Shown piece after piece: positions 63,762 to 64,000 of a stretch of DNA of 64,000 bases. How positions within the stretch are numbered: position 1 is the stretch's first letter; every line of letters begins with the position of its first letter. Below the pieces are notes generated by a model, which ran no database searches, had not been told where the DNA came from, and worked only from the letters and a program-made list of their open reading frames with translations. Source of the stretch: Thermoanaerobaculia bacterium (lineage in GTDB: Bacteria; Acidobacteriota; Thermoanaerobaculia; Multivoradales; Multivoraceae); the NCBI GenBank assembly GCA_963666565.1, contig OY762911.1, positions 3,040,001 through 3,104,000 of the forward strand, read 5' to 3'. Position numbers and translations under genes: made by a program.

Positions 63762-64000
63762 ATGGGCATTCGAGGCATCGAGTACGGACACGGTCACGAG
63801 CGGCTCGAAGAGTTGCTGCGATCCATCGACCGGCCTGGCGACTACTGCGTCGGCGGCCGGCTCTACGTGCCGATGCCCCGCATCGTCGTCGAGGGCACGG
63901 GAGAACTTTCCTTCCCGGTTCCGCCAGCCCAGATCGAGGCGTTGATCGCCGGAGCCGAGCGCGCCCCCTACGGCAAGGGCACGCAAACGCTGGTGAACAC
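63762..64000 (+). CDS. Probable 2OG-Fe(II) oxygenase N-terminus; runs off window end
   Basis: Translated by hand: MGIRG...PGDYCVGG...MPRIVVEGTGELSFPV...LIAGAERAPYGKGTQTLV. Confidence 0.65.
   Translation, partial: MGIRGIEYGHGHERLEELLRSIDRPGDYCVGGRLYVPMPRIVVEGTGELSFPVPPAQIEALIAGAERAPYGKGTQTLVN

Overview
High-GC bacterial chromosomal segment with about 43 genes. No rRNA, tRNA, CRISPR array, transposase, integrase or reverse transcriptase was recognised. The unnamed 'LCLxxxRF...FFDPENWEVLxKVLDGC' domain, DUF5916/DUF1080/BNR-VPS10 proteins and a sulfatase suggest Acidobacteriota, possibly Thermoanaerobaculia-like and host-associated (inference). Core content: a glutathione set (gor, gshB, chaC, plus ggt and a GST), clpS-clpA, rnhA, prfC, recQ, lipid/CoA catabolism genes and two vapBC-type TA pairs with visible operators. 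Most unusual items: (1) a 15 kb surface-protein island between rnhA and prfC, with two tandem M12-type metalloprotease-FN3 paralogs (near-identical frameworks, short hypervariable patches) and a ~2830 aa modular Ig-fold adhesin whose 5' end has a prfB-like +1 frameshift geometry; (2) a REP-like palindrome family (8 copies plus a covarying variant), with one copy in frame inside a CDS and one tandemly expanded; (3) RNase HI carrying a second, catalytically degenerate RNase H domain; (4) a DUF5678-like/retropepsin two-gene module; (5) a His-rich TonB receptor next to a 9-Cys lipoprotein; (6) a secreted CHAT protein lacking the catalytic dyad; (7) many genes with a -10 box only 7-11 nt upstream of the start codon. 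All family assignments come from motif recognition by eye, not from database searches.
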